Both the position numbers and the translations under genes were made by a program. DNA of 64,000 bases from an uncultured Gammaproteobacteria bacterium (GTDB lineage Bacteria > Pseudomonadota > Gammaproteobacteria > Steroidobacterales > GCA-2729495), in contig CAWKLL010000030.1 in assembly GCA_963850255.1 (NCBI GenBank), positions 1,958 to 65,957 on the forward strand, in the 5' to 3' direction. Shown here piece by piece: positions 21,430 through 31,024 of the stretch. The notes beneath the pieces are model-generated. The model ran no database searches. It was not told the DNA's origin and worked only from the letters and a program-made list of their open reading frames with translations. Numbering within the stretch: the first letter of the stretch is position 1; each line of letters opens with the position of its first letter.

Positions 21430-22690
21430 GTCTCGAAGAATGACCCGCTACCTGACGCTGCTGGTTTTGTTAGCGCCATGGACCCTGGCCGCCGAGGATT
21501 TTGCCGATGCAAGTTATCGACCCGTGCCACCACCGAATGACCGTTTCCACCAGCAAACCGAGCGTAATGTGCGGGTCACCACGGCGGTGCCGAGCGCGCA
21601 GGAAACTCAGGCAATATTTGGTATCAAGCTGTACCGCAATAACGTTCAGCCAGTCTGGATACAAATCGAAAACCTTGGCGATGAAGCGCTGTTTTTTCTA
21701 CCGATCGGGCTGGACGCTTCCTACTACACGCCCGTGGAGACGGCAGCGCGCAATTACTTCGAGGATCTGCTGAGAAACCGAGCCCTCGACAAGACCATGG
21801 TTGAGCGCAGCATGGGCCTGGACGTGGCCGCCGGGGAGACGCGCTCCGGCTATATCTTCAGCCGTGTAGACGAAGGCACCAAGTCCTTTAACGTGGATGT
21901 ATTCGCGCGCGGAGCAGAACCTTACCGAATGACCTTCTTCGTACCGGTTCCAGGCCTGCGTCTGGATCACTATGAAGTCGACGTCGCCGGAATGTATAGC
22001 GAAGATCAGCTCGTGCAAGTGGACCTGGACGGCCTGGTGGCCGCCCTGGAAGCCTTGCCCTGCTGCGTCCGTGACAAGAAGGACAAGGACTACGGAGACC
22101 CGCTGAATATCGCTTTTGTCGGCAAGGTCAAGGATCTCTATTACGCCTTGTTGCGCTCCGGCTGGGATGAAACGGAAACCATCTATACCGGCTCATTGCT
22201 CAAGACCGGGATGTCAGCACTGGCCGGCGGCGAATATCGCTATTCGCCGGTCAGCGCGCTGTACGTATTCGGGCGCCCTCAGGACGCTGCTTTTCAGCGC
22301 GCCCGCTCCAGCATCAACGAGCGAAATCATCTGCGCATCTGGCTCACGCCGCTGCGCCTGGACGGCGTGCCGGTATGGATCGGCCAGATCAGTCGCGACA
22401 TCGGCGTGCGCCTGACGCTCAAGACCATTACCACCCACAAAATCGATCCCGACGTGGACGAAACACGCGAGTTCCTGATCGAAGACCTGGCCTACTCGCA
22501 GGGACTGGCCGCGTTCGGCTATGCGCCGGGCGTAGGTGCAGCACCCTACGAAGAGCCGCGCGGAAACCTGACCGGCGACCCCTACTTCACCGACGGGCTG
22601 CGCGGAGTCATGTGGATTTCCCCTACGCCCATCGGCTTTGATGAACTTGAGGTTATCGATATGGGCTGGCATCCCGAAAGCGAACCGTAG
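21422..22690 (+). CDS. secreted LssY-C-like domain protein (paralog 2)
   Basis: Start MSESRRMTRYLTLLVLLAPWTLAAED overlaps the upstream stop (ATGAGTGA). LssY_C-type blocks present: GDPLNIAFVG, SGWDETE, YVFGRPQDAAFQRARSSINERNHLRIWLTP, THKIDPDVDETRE. Confidence 0.65.
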   Translation: MSESRRMTRYLTLLVLLAPWTLAAEDFADASYRPVPPPNDRFHQQTERNVRVTTAVPSAQETQAIFGIKLYRNNVQPVWIQIENLGDEALFFLPIGLDASYYTPVETAARNYFEDLLRNRALDKTMVERSMGLDVAAGETRSGYIFSRVDEGTKSFNVDVFARGAEPYRMTFFVPVPGLRLDHYEVDVAGMYSEDQLVQVDLDGLVAALEALPCCVRDKKDKDYGDPLNIAFVGKVKDLYYALLRSGWDETETIYTGSLLKTGMSALAGGEYRYSPVSALYVFGRPQDAAFQRARSSINERNHLRIWLTPLRLDGVPVWIGQISRDIGVRLTLKTITTHKIDPDVDETREFLIEDLAYSQGLAAFGYAPGVGAAPYEEPRGNLTGDPYFTDGLRGVMWISPTPIGFDELEVIDMGWHPESEP

Positions 22691-22722
22691 CCGGCGTTTT
22701 TAGGAACTTCGAACCGGCTACG
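22686..22722. terminator. 9-bp inverted repeat between convergent genes (possible bidirectional terminator hairpin)
   Basis: cgtagccgg (22686-22694) pairs with ccggctacg (22714-22722) across a 19-nt loop that includes a T5 run. It lies between the stops at 22690 and 22737. Confidence 0.25.
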
Positions 22723-22736
22723 CGAAGCCTGAATAC

Positions 22737-24153
22737 CTAGGGCACTGTCCCGCTGGGCCCCGGCGGCTTGCCGAACAATGATTTGAAGCGCGCCAGATCA
22801 GCGAAATTGACCACGCCGCTACCGTCCAGATCCATTTCCGGACTACTGGTCCCGAAATTAGCCTTGAACGCGGCAAGATCGGCAAAGTTCACCACGCCGC
22901 TGTTATCAAAATCTGCATCGCAGGCGTTGCCAAATCCGTCAGCGTCTGTGTCTAACTGAACGTTACCGCCGCCGTCGGGCAGATCGACACCGTTGGCGTG
23001 ATTGATACAGTTGTCCGCACTGTCCCGCGCGCCGTCGCTGTCGGCATCGGTGGCAGCGCAGGAATCACAGCCGGCCCAGCAGTAGGTCTCAGTCTCGACG
23101 ATGCCGGCACCATAAGGAACGGATAACGCCGTAATTCCCATAGGCATCGCAGGGCGAGATGTCACAACTACTGCCTTGCGGCGCACCGCCAGTTTCCTGC
23201 CAGCCGTTCTTCGTATACAGATATTCATACTTGCCAGCGGGCAATGAAATGGTCAAATCCCAGATCCCGTCTCCGTCGTTATCGGACATCGGATTACACA
23301 GCCCGCACCAGTTGTTGAATTCGCCATTGACATACATCCTGTCGAAAGGTGCCAGATTCAATGAACTGGCATCAACGCTGAAATGCACCGGGCTATTGGT
23401 GGAATTCGGCGGGTCCGTCAACAACAGTTGCAACAGACCACCCGAGTTGTCGACGTTGGGCGAAATAAACGTGCAGTAATTACCCCCGAAGCCGCCAAAC
23501 TCACTGGTTTCCCAGCGTTCTGAGTCCAGATTGTCGAGATTGTCGGCCCACTGCAGGGTGAAGTTATTGTTGGTACCGGCGTTACCGCTACCCGGCGTAT
23601 AGGCATAGTAGCGAACGTAGTCGTATGAAGACTGTACGGGAAGCACCTCAGGACTAAATTCTCCGACCCAGCTTGGCGAATCCGCAGCCCAAAGGTTCAT
23701 CATGATGCGCATTGGGTACATCAGGCCGTATACGTATGACGCGTTCTGCGTATACACCAGCTCCCCATCAACAAACCAGCGAACCACGCCGGGCTCCCAT
23801 TCGAAGGCGTAGTCGTGCATCTCAGCGTGGGGATTGAATCCGGTCGGGACTATCTGCGTGGAACTCCAGGGACCCGGGTAATGCGTGGTGAACTGAACGG
23901 AACTGTCCCTATTGCCCGTCATCTCGATATCGATTTCGTTATTTTCCGCCGGCCAGTTGCAACCGAGATCGGCGTTATAGAGGAAGAATGAACTGACAAC
24001 GCCGTTGCCTTGCGCGGACTGCATGCGCGTCTCAAAGCGACCGTGCAGATATGCCTCGTGTGTGCTGACCGCGCCACCGGTGCATTGCTGGGCCTGCGCC
24101 GCTAACGACAAGGACAACAGACCGACCGCTAATATGAATCCGGACAGCTTCAT
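22737..24153 (-). pseudogene. GH16 beta-glucanase (laminarinase-like) with Ig/CBM-like module and calcium-binding dockerin/TSP3-like repeats; one frame break near 23120
   Basis: Signal peptide MKLSGFILAVGLLSLSLAAQA. GH16 catalytic motif ENNEIDIEM (ExDxxE). Module VNGEFNNW...DGDGIWDL...GKYEYLYTKNGW. The second track ORF (22737-23228) continues with DADSDG..DTDADGFGNACDADFDNSGVVNFADLAAFK..DLDGSGVVNFADLARFK. Confidence 0.8.
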
Positions 24154-24393
24154 GATTTTCAGATAGCCCCTTAAACTGAGGAAAAATTATATAACGGTCT
24201 TGGCGACTACTGAGCACACGCCCGAGACCCGCGTGGTCTGGCGAATATCGCTAATTCGCGAACTCAGCAAGGACAGGATTATGTCAATGCTGCCGGCTTG
24301 GTGACTGTGCCGGCGATTCGCTGGTAGCGTCGAGCGCGCGGCCGGCAATCAGTGCCCGCATTATTCTATAAAGATCGACTCAGCTTGCGCTGA

Positions 24394-25326
24394 TCATCGG
24401 CCTGGCATTACCAGCCTTGAGAAGAAAGACCGCGCGACTTGCGCGCTTGCAGCGCCGCACTCCAAAGGCATCATGTGACCGCAATCGGCTACTGTGTGCA
24501 GCTGCTTGTCCTCGGCAGCAAGAAATTCCAGCGCAGCCTGGCCAACGGTTTCCACCGGCAACTCAGCATCGTTCGCCGACCATAACAACAAAGTTGGTGA
24601 CTCGATGCGGGCAAGGTCTGACGGGGTGCGCACGAATGGGCGCGGATCGTCCTTGCCAAAGACCAGCGGCGGCATTCTCTGCGCGCGGTTGTTCAGGTCC
24701 GTCCACTCAGCCACCTGTGCCGATGTGATCCTGGCCGGATTGGCGAAGTTGTTACGCATGACCTCCCGCCAGAACAGCCTGGGACGCCAACCCTTGAACA
24801 GCGGATCGATGCGTATCAATAACTTGAACACTGGTGACCAGTGCGACGGGTCCATGGCAAAGGGCCCGACGGCAATATTGGAAAGGATCAGACCCTTGAT
24901 CTTCTGCGGGTACTCAGCCGCATAGGCCGCGGCTGACTCGCCGCTACTGGAAGTGGCAACCAGGAAGAACTCCTCAATCTGCAGTTCCCGGCTGAGGGCC
25001 TGAATGATCTGCATATTGGTCTCCGGGCCATAGCGACCATCCGGGCTCGAGCCTGACAAACCCGTCCGCGGCAGGTCAAAGCGGATCACCCGGTAGTCGG
25101 TGGCCAGCGCCTGCGCCCAGTCATTCCAGTTCAGCAGGCTGCCGAAGGAACCATGCATCAGGACGATGGGCATTCCGCTGCCCTGATCAACCAGGTGAAT
25201 GGTTTGCCCGTCAAGTTCCAGGAAGCGCGAGCCGGGCAGCGAATACCTGGCCCGCATTTCCGCTTCGCCGGGCGTGAGCAGGCCGGTTCGCGCGCTGAAC
25301 AAAAAGGCCGCACTGACCAGCAGCAA
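24394..25326 (-). CDS. alpha/beta hydrolase
   Basis: 310-aa ORF. Contains IVLMHGSFGS, a nucleophile region FFLVATSSSGESAAAY, and a C-terminal CGHMMPLE (catalytic His context). Confidence 0.75.
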   Translation of the reverse strand: MLLVSAAFLFSARTGLLTPGEAEMRARYSLPGSRFLELDGQTIHLVDQGSGMPIVLMHGSFGSLLNWNDWAQALATDYRVIRFDLPRTGLSGSSPDGRYGPETNMQIIQALSRELQIEEFFLVATSSSGESAAAYAAEYPQKIKGLILSNIAVGPFAMDPSHWSPVFKLLIRIDPLFKGWRPRLFWREVMRNNFANPARITSAQVAEWTDLNNRAQRMPPLVFGKDDPRPFVRTPSDLARIESPTLLLWSANDAELPVETVGQAALEFLAAEDKQLHTVADCGHMMPLECGAASAQVARSFFSRLVMPGR

Positions 25327-25406
25327 CAGGATCAGGGCAAGTCCAAGGTTTCTTAAGATCTTAATGTTTATGGGCCTTTGCTTGCGCGACTGCTCCGCTA
25401 ACGCGC

Positions 25407-26422
25407 TTATCTAAAGCGCGGCAACACCTGCTCACCCAGCAATCGTATGCTGCGCTCTACCAGTTCCGTGGGCATGTCGCCCATACTCACACGCAAATTA
25501 AACTGCGTGACGCCGGCTTCCACGTAACGTTCAATGCTGTTGATACAAGTGGCCGGACTACCGACGAATACCACTTCGTCGCCTACGCGTTCGAACAGGT
25601 CGGTCTTCGGGTCCAGCGAATTACCTTCGGCATCCGTCACGGCGCCGAAAGCTGCGTAGAAATTTAGTACGTCGCTGACGTAAGGCTTGCCTTCGCGGCG
25701 TGCCTGATCGTCCGTCGGGGCCAGGAATGCGGTGCGGTTAATCGCCACGGTCGCTCCGGATGCGTCGCCGCCACTCGCCTCTAGCGCCTGCCGATAGCGC
25801 AGTGCCTGGCGCTTGATCAGCTCGAAATGATATTGGGTCGCGCCATACCAGGCATCGCCCAGTTCTACCGCTCGACGTATCGATCGCTTGACAGTGCCGC
25901 CGACCCAGATAGGCGGCCCGCCCGCCTGTACCGGCCCGGGCAGCACGCCGCCATCGAAGTGAAAATGTTTGCCGTGATAATGATCGGCACCGGACCACAT
26001 CGCTTTCAGCAGCTCCATGGTCTCATCCATGCGCGAGCCAGCCTCTTCCTTGGGCACGCCGTAGCGTTTCATCACCGGACCGACACCGACGCCGACGCCC
26101 AGGATGAGCCGGCCATCGGAAAGCTGGTCCAGCATGGCGCCGTCATAGGCCAGGCGCAGCGGCTGCCACACCGTTAGTAAGGTGACGCCGGTGCCCAGGC
26201 GCAAGGAGGTACGATTCGCCAGCGACGCCAGTACCAGCAAGCGGTGAAGGCGTGTGCCCGGGCTGCAGTTTCATCGGCCGATTCTCGCCGGCCCAGACGG
26301 AATTGAAAGCCGTAGTCCTCGGCAATCTTCAGCAGGCGCGTGTAATCCTCGAGATGCTGGCTCATTGGCTTTTTAGTACTCCAGAAATCCAGCGCGAGAC
26401 CGAAATCGACTGCCATCATCAA
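25407..26422 (-). pseudogene. LLM-class (luciferase-like) flavin-dependent oxidoreductase, frame-disrupted as sequenced (2 breaks near 26242 and 26307)
   Basis: Three overlapping track ORFs join as MAVDFGLALDF...IAEDYGF | NSVWAGENRPMKLQPGHTPSPL | LVLASLANRTSLRLGTGVTLL...GRLILGVGVG. This is the typical LLM N-terminal architecture. Confidence 0.8.
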
Positions 26423-26675
26423 ATCCTTCTAAACAGAACACTAGTGATTGCGAAAGCTGCGCAATGGTAACGCGACGGCTGCGGCTTTTGCTGCGCTGCC
26501 ATGCGCCGGACTATCCCATGCTATGGCCGCATGACCAGGCCGCCCGGGCAAAGCCCCTGTTTGCCTGCATGGAATTACCGGACCGCGGCCTCAGGCCCTC
26601 TGGTTTTGCGCCCACGAATCCCCCTATAGCCCGGCGCTTTACTGCTATTCTGGCCGCCTGTAGCGGAGATAAATC

Positions 26676-27440
26676 ATGCGCAGCAAGCGACTCACTGCAA
26701 TGGCCCTGATCATGGCCACCACCGTCGGACTGCTCCCGGCCGCCCAAGCCGGCTGGCTGGATGACCTGCTGGGCCGGAACAAGGAAGACAAGGCCAGCAC
26801 GGCAAACACATCGAGCATCCCGTCGGCAGCCGCGTTGACCAGCGGACAGATCGGTGCCGGTCTGAAGGAAGCCCTGGAAGTCGGCACCACGCGCGTGGTT
26901 GACTCACTCGGCCAGACGGATGGTTTCAATGCGGATCCACTAATCCACATTCCACTGCCGTCAAGTTTGCAAAGCGTTCGGTCTGCCCTTGACCGCGTTG
27001 GCATGGCCGGCAAGCTCGACGAACTGGAGCTGGAACTGAACCGTGCGGCCGAGGTCGCCACACCTCAGGCCAAGAGCCTGTTCATCAATGCCATTCGTGA
27101 ACTGACCATCGATGACGTGATGGGCATCTACAACGGTCCGGAAGATGCAGCCACCACTTACCTGCGCAGCAAAATGTCCGCACCGCTGGCGGATGCCATG
27201 CAGCCCATCGTCGACCAGAGCCTGGACGAGGTAGGCGCCGCGCAAACCTATACGAGCGTAATGGGACAATACAACGCGCTGCCTTTCGTGCCGCAGGTGG
27301 ATGCAGATCTCAGCGGTTACGTCGTGGACAAGGGGCTCGACGGTATCTTTGTCTACCTGGCCAGGGAAGAAGCGGCGATCCGCAGCGAACCCTTGAAACG
27401 CAGCACCGATTTACTCAAGCAGGTGTTCGGCGCCCTGTAA
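26676..27440 (+). CDS. DUF4197 domain-containing secreted protein
   Basis: 254-aa ORF with a signal peptide (ALIMATTVGLLPAAQA). GLKEALEVGTTRVVDSLGQTDGFNADPLIHIPLP is the characteristic DUF4197 block. Confidence 0.65.
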   Translation: MRSKRLTAMALIMATTVGLLPAAQAGWLDDLLGRNKEDKASTANTSSIPSAAALTSGQIGAGLKEALEVGTTRVVDSLGQTDGFNADPLIHIPLPSSLQSVRSALDRVGMAGKLDELELELNRAAEVATPQAKSLFINAIRELTIDDVMGIYNGPEDAATTYLRSKMSAPLADAMQPIVDQSLDEVGAAQTYTSVMGQYNALPFVPQVDADLSGYVVDKGLDGIFVYLAREEAAIRSEPLKRSTDLLKQVFGAL

Positions 27441-27517
27441 ACGACCGCAATGTCGTCCTACTGGGCGGTGAAATCGAAACTCTATTGATGCGCCGCGTTC
27501 GCCGTTTTGCGCCAGCG

Positions 27518-27893
27518 CTAGCCAGCGGGTAGCGCGACTTCGGCGGCCGATCGGTAGGCAGCCAGTTTCTGCTGCAACCACTCACGCGCAGGCACCGGCG
27601 CGGCCTCACCGCACTGCAGAGTATAGGGCTTGCCGCTCAGCGAGCTGCGGCTGGCGAGGCGCTCGATGAACTGATCGGCACCATTAACCCGCGAACCGGC
27701 GCGCCGGTATTTCATGCGCAGGTGGGCGGCCGCGGACGCGGCGGTGTGCTCACTGCCATTACGCGTGAAAGTACAGTCGCTCTGCTCCACCGCATCCAGC
27801 AGAAACTCAAGCTCAGCGTCGACGCTTGCAGGCGCCGCCATTGATGCAGAGCCAAGCAATAAGCATGGCAGGACAAGACATCAGTATTCTCAT
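27518..27893 (-). CDS. DUF5329 family secreted protein; one frame break in the signal peptide near 27856
   Basis: The core AELEFLLDAVEQSDCTFTRNGSEHTAASAAAHLRMKY matches DUF5329. ATG 27891-27893 (MRILMSCPAMLIA...) overlaps the upstream EEP stop as ATGA, and the frame then shifts into the track ORF. Confidence 0.6.
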
Positions 27894-28731
27894 CGGGAAA
27901 ACTCGGCCGTCAATGGATTATGGTCGGAAGATTGCACCGCCTTCGTGCTGGCGCCAACCAGATTCAGCCCGCGCACAAAAATATGGTCGATGGCGTAGTT
28001 AAACGTTCGCGTGCGCTGATCGTCCTGAAAACCAATCGGCTGCATGGCCAGTTCTGCGGTCACTGCAGCAAGCAGTCTGAGCCGCTTGCTGCTCCAGGTA
28101 TTGAAATCGCCGGACATAATAATCGGCCCGCTGTGCGCGGAAAGAACCGATTGCATGGCCTCGATCTGGGCACGAAAGGCTTTCAAGCCCCAGGTGAAAT
28201 TGACCGCATGAATGTTGGCCACCAGCAGGGTCTCGTCGCTGTCTTTCACGGCATATTGGGTGATGGAAGTTGCCTTCGGAGTATTCAGCCATGGCTCCAT
28301 TGTCACCAGGTTGCACTGGATCAGCGGCGCGATGCCGCTGAGTGTCATCACCCCGGTAAGCTGGCTACCGCTGCGATAACCCGGCGCAAAAGACCAGTGC
28401 TGCATAAATTGAATGGCCTCGGGCAGTTGTTCTTCCAGACCGGCTTCCTGCATCAACACCAGGTCTTTATCGCGGGTTAGTTCGGCCAGGTCTGCCTGCC
28501 AACCCGCCTGCAAACCTTTCTTGATGTTCCAGTTAAGAATTTTCAGGCCGAGCAGGTCCAGTTCACCGGACGTCCCTGCTCATTGCCGAGCAAGCCCATC
28601 GCGACAGTCCGTGCATCGCTGAACAGAGCGCCGGAGTGACTGCCCAGGGTGGCGGGCAGCGAGCGCGACACGTTGGCACAACCAGCCACAGTGGTGGCCG
28701 CCGCAAGCAGAATTAAGGCACGAGGATACAT
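27890..28731 (-). pseudogene. endonuclease/exonuclease/phosphatase (EEP) family lipoprotein; one frame break near 28565
   Basis: Track ORF 28543-28731 gives a lipoprotein signal MYPRALILLAAATTVAGC. After the break the sequence continues GELDLLGLKILNWNIKKG...LVLMQEAG...VANIHAVNF...SGDFNTW...SDHNPL, which are EEP family blocks. Confidence 0.75.
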
Positions 28732-29010
28732 AGAGATTTCTGGCCCTTACAATCAATCAAGCTTGCCGCATCGGGCCGACCAGTTCTGGTCGGTGAACAT
28801 CAATTTTGATCCCGGCAGGTCAGACTTCCTTGCCTGGGTAGTGCATAACACGCCTCGCCGCCCGATTTACGTTAGCGATTAAACAAACTGTCACCGGAAT
28901 AAAAATAATCTCCGGCTCGCTGCCGGTGGCTTTCTCGCTGAAAACTTACTGAGCGCGGCCAGGTCGGTGTCGGGCCGGGAATGATCAGTACCCGGTCCGA
29001 CGCCGGCGTA

Positions 29011-29418
29011 CTAGGGTTCAGCAGCAACAGGATATGCGAGCCAGGCGGCCAGAAAAAGCAACCAGGAAATACCCTCGTCGCGCAGCTCGGTAAGCTGCAG
29101 TGGCGTGACGCCATCGACAGCGATTCCCAGCAGGCGCACGACGACGATACAGCCGTTGAACAAAATCAGAATTGCCAGGCACAGCCGCAGATGTCGCGGG
29201 CTGAGCAAGCCGGCCAGCGCCGCGACGGCCATTCCCAGAAACAGGGCACCCGGACCGGCGCGCAGAAAATTGATGGATTCCGGCGAACCCGTGGCACTGA
29301 TGCCAAAGTTGCTGATGTGCTCGAGGGGCGCGCTGATATACAGCCAGGCCAGAAAGCTGAAAATCAGCAGACCATAGACAACGGCCAGGCGAGCGAACCA
29401 CAGTCGAGCAGCATACAT
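29011..29418 (-). CDS. small integral membrane protein (DUF4345-like)
   Basis: 135-aa ORF with four hydrophobic segments. The family assignment is from overall pattern only. Confidence 0.45.
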   Translation of the reverse strand: MYAARLWFARLAVVYGLLIFSFLAWLYISAPLEHISNFGISATGSPESINFLRAGPGALFLGMAVAALAGLLSPRHLRLCLAILILFNGCIVVVRLLGIAVDGVTPLQLTELRDEGISWLLFLAAWLAYPVAAEP

Positions 29419-29703
29419 ACTGATAGCCTAGCGCAAAAAGCGTGTGCTGAGCCGGACCGGTGCTTGCACGCGCCGGGGCTCAAGCTGGCGGCGCGAGACA
29501 CCAATCCCCCGGTAGGCTCTTGCCTGGCAGGCCTTGCAGCCGCGTTGACCAGGCCAGGTCCAGGTCACTGCGCGGACTCTGCCTGCGGCCGGCGCGCGAC
29601 AAACAAAGTGATTCTGCTATACCGATGGCTTAGCCTTGGCTTTGCCGCCGTCGCAATGCCGACGAGCCCGATAACAATGATCGCCTGATTTAAGGAGAAA
29701 CCC

Positions 29704-30258
29704 ATGAGCGTCGCCCATCCCTGGCTGGAACAAGAACCCTGGCCCACCAAGACCATGCCCATCGAGATGCTGGAGAGTCGTATCGAGCGGGTCCTGACCA
29801 TGACCAATATCGGCTACCTGGGCACCACCATGAAGAGCGGCCAGCCCAGCGTCACCCCGCTGGAGTTCTACAACGATGGTTTCTCGGTGTATTTCTTTCC
29901 GCAACCCAACAGTCCTAAAGTCAAAGCCATGCAACGCGATCCGCGCGTAGCGCTGGCGGTAGCCAACCCCATGGCCGGCTGGGCCTGCGTGATGGGTTGC
30001 CAGATGTTCGGCAAGGTGGCCTTGCTGGACGTCGATACACCGGAATGGGAACACGGCATGAAAGTATTCAAGTGGCCGGGCTCCTCCTTCGAACTGGGCC
30101 GGGAACTACTCCACGCACCGCGCGGCCAGCTGGCACGCCTGGATGCCGAGCGCATCGTCTACAGCGAACACCTGATGCGCAAGGAAGGCTATGCGCCGCG
30201 CCAGATCTGGCGGGCCGGCGAGAGCGAAACCATGGTCGTGCCCGGGCGCAACGTCTGA
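29704..30258 (+). CDS. pyridoxamine 5'-phosphate oxidase-like FMN-binding split-barrel protein (paralog of 61579-62127)
   Basis: 184-aa ORF with AAGGAG RBS. It aligns along its full length with the ORF at 61579 (PWPTK..., PQPxSPKVxAM, LxKEGYxPRQIW). Confidence 0.65.
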   Translation: MSVAHPWLEQEPWPTKTMPIEMLESRIERVLTMTNIGYLGTTMKSGQPSVTPLEFYNDGFSVYFFPQPNSPKVKAMQRDPRVALAVANPMAGWACVMGCQMFGKVALLDVDTPEWEHGMKVFKWPGSSFELGRELLHAPRGQLARLDAERIVYSEHLMRKEGYAPRQIWRAGESETMVVPGRNV

Positions 30259-30464
30259 GCGAGAGTCCGGGGCCTGCTCTACCAGCCAGGCCCCGAACGA
30301 CTTCGCCACGCCTGGAATCCGATCCTCCAGCGCACTACCTGGACCGACACTTATAAATTTTCAGGCGCTGCAGACGGCGCTGCCTGCGACGGAATCAGGG
30401 TGGCAAATTCTCCGTGCGCAGCCCATCATTTGTGCTTTAGCACTATGCAGATACTTCCAGGACG

Positions 30465-30959
30465 ATGAACGAACTTCTAAAGGCGGAAAAAGATCGCGTG
30501 GCCAGCTTTCACTATGTGCTGAGCGACGAACAGGGCGCTGAACTGGAATCCAGTCGCAGCGGCGAACCCGTAGCGGCGCTGATCGGCCACGGCAATGTAA
30601 TGCCGGGGCTGGAAGCGGCGCTTGAGGGACGCGAATGCGGCGCACACTTTGAAGTAACGCTGGCACCGGACAAGGCATTCGGTGAGCGCCAGGACGACTG
30701 GGTACAGCGCATTCAGAAAAAGCTGGTGCCGCGGGCTGCGCGGCTCAGGCCGGGGATGCCGATACAGCTGCAAACGGAAGACGGACTGCGCAACGTAACC
30801 GTGGTGAAGGTCGGCGGCTCGGTGATCGACGTAGACCTGAACCATCCCTATGCCGGCAAGACGGTGACTTTCGCCATCGAACTGGTCGATGTGCGTGAAG
30901 CCAGCAGCGAAGAACTGGCGCACGGGCACGCCCATGGCGCGGGCGGGCATCATCACTAG
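30465..30959 (+). CDS. slyD: FKBP-type peptidyl-prolyl cis-trans isomerase SlyD
   Basis: 164-aa ORF with an FKBP core, an insert-in-flap region, and a C-terminal His-rich tail HGHAHGAGGHHH. Confidence 0.85.
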   Translation: MNELLKAEKDRVASFHYVLSDEQGAELESSRSGEPVAALIGHGNVMPGLEAALEGRECGAHFEVTLAPDKAFGERQDDWVQRIQKKLVPRAARLRPGMPIQLQTEDGLRNVTVVKVGGSVIDVDLNHPYAGKTVTFAIELVDVREASSEELAHGHAHGAGGHHH

Positions 30960-31024
30960 GAATTGGCGGACGGCGGTGACAGGTCACCGCTCCCTGTGCT
31001 GCAACTATTAATGAGGTATCCCCG

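Noticed and set aside
24241-24259. Inverted repeat GCGAAT-N7-ATTCGC upstream of the GH16 gene as an operator
   Set aside because: Each arm is only 6 bp. A match of this size is expected by chance in a spacer of this length, and there is no second copy or extended symmetry.
26447-26465. Inverted repeat ATTGCG-N7-CGCAAT upstream of the LLM oxidoreductase gene as an operator
   Set aside because: The objection is the same: 6-bp arms, no flanking symmetry, and no regulator gene adjacent.
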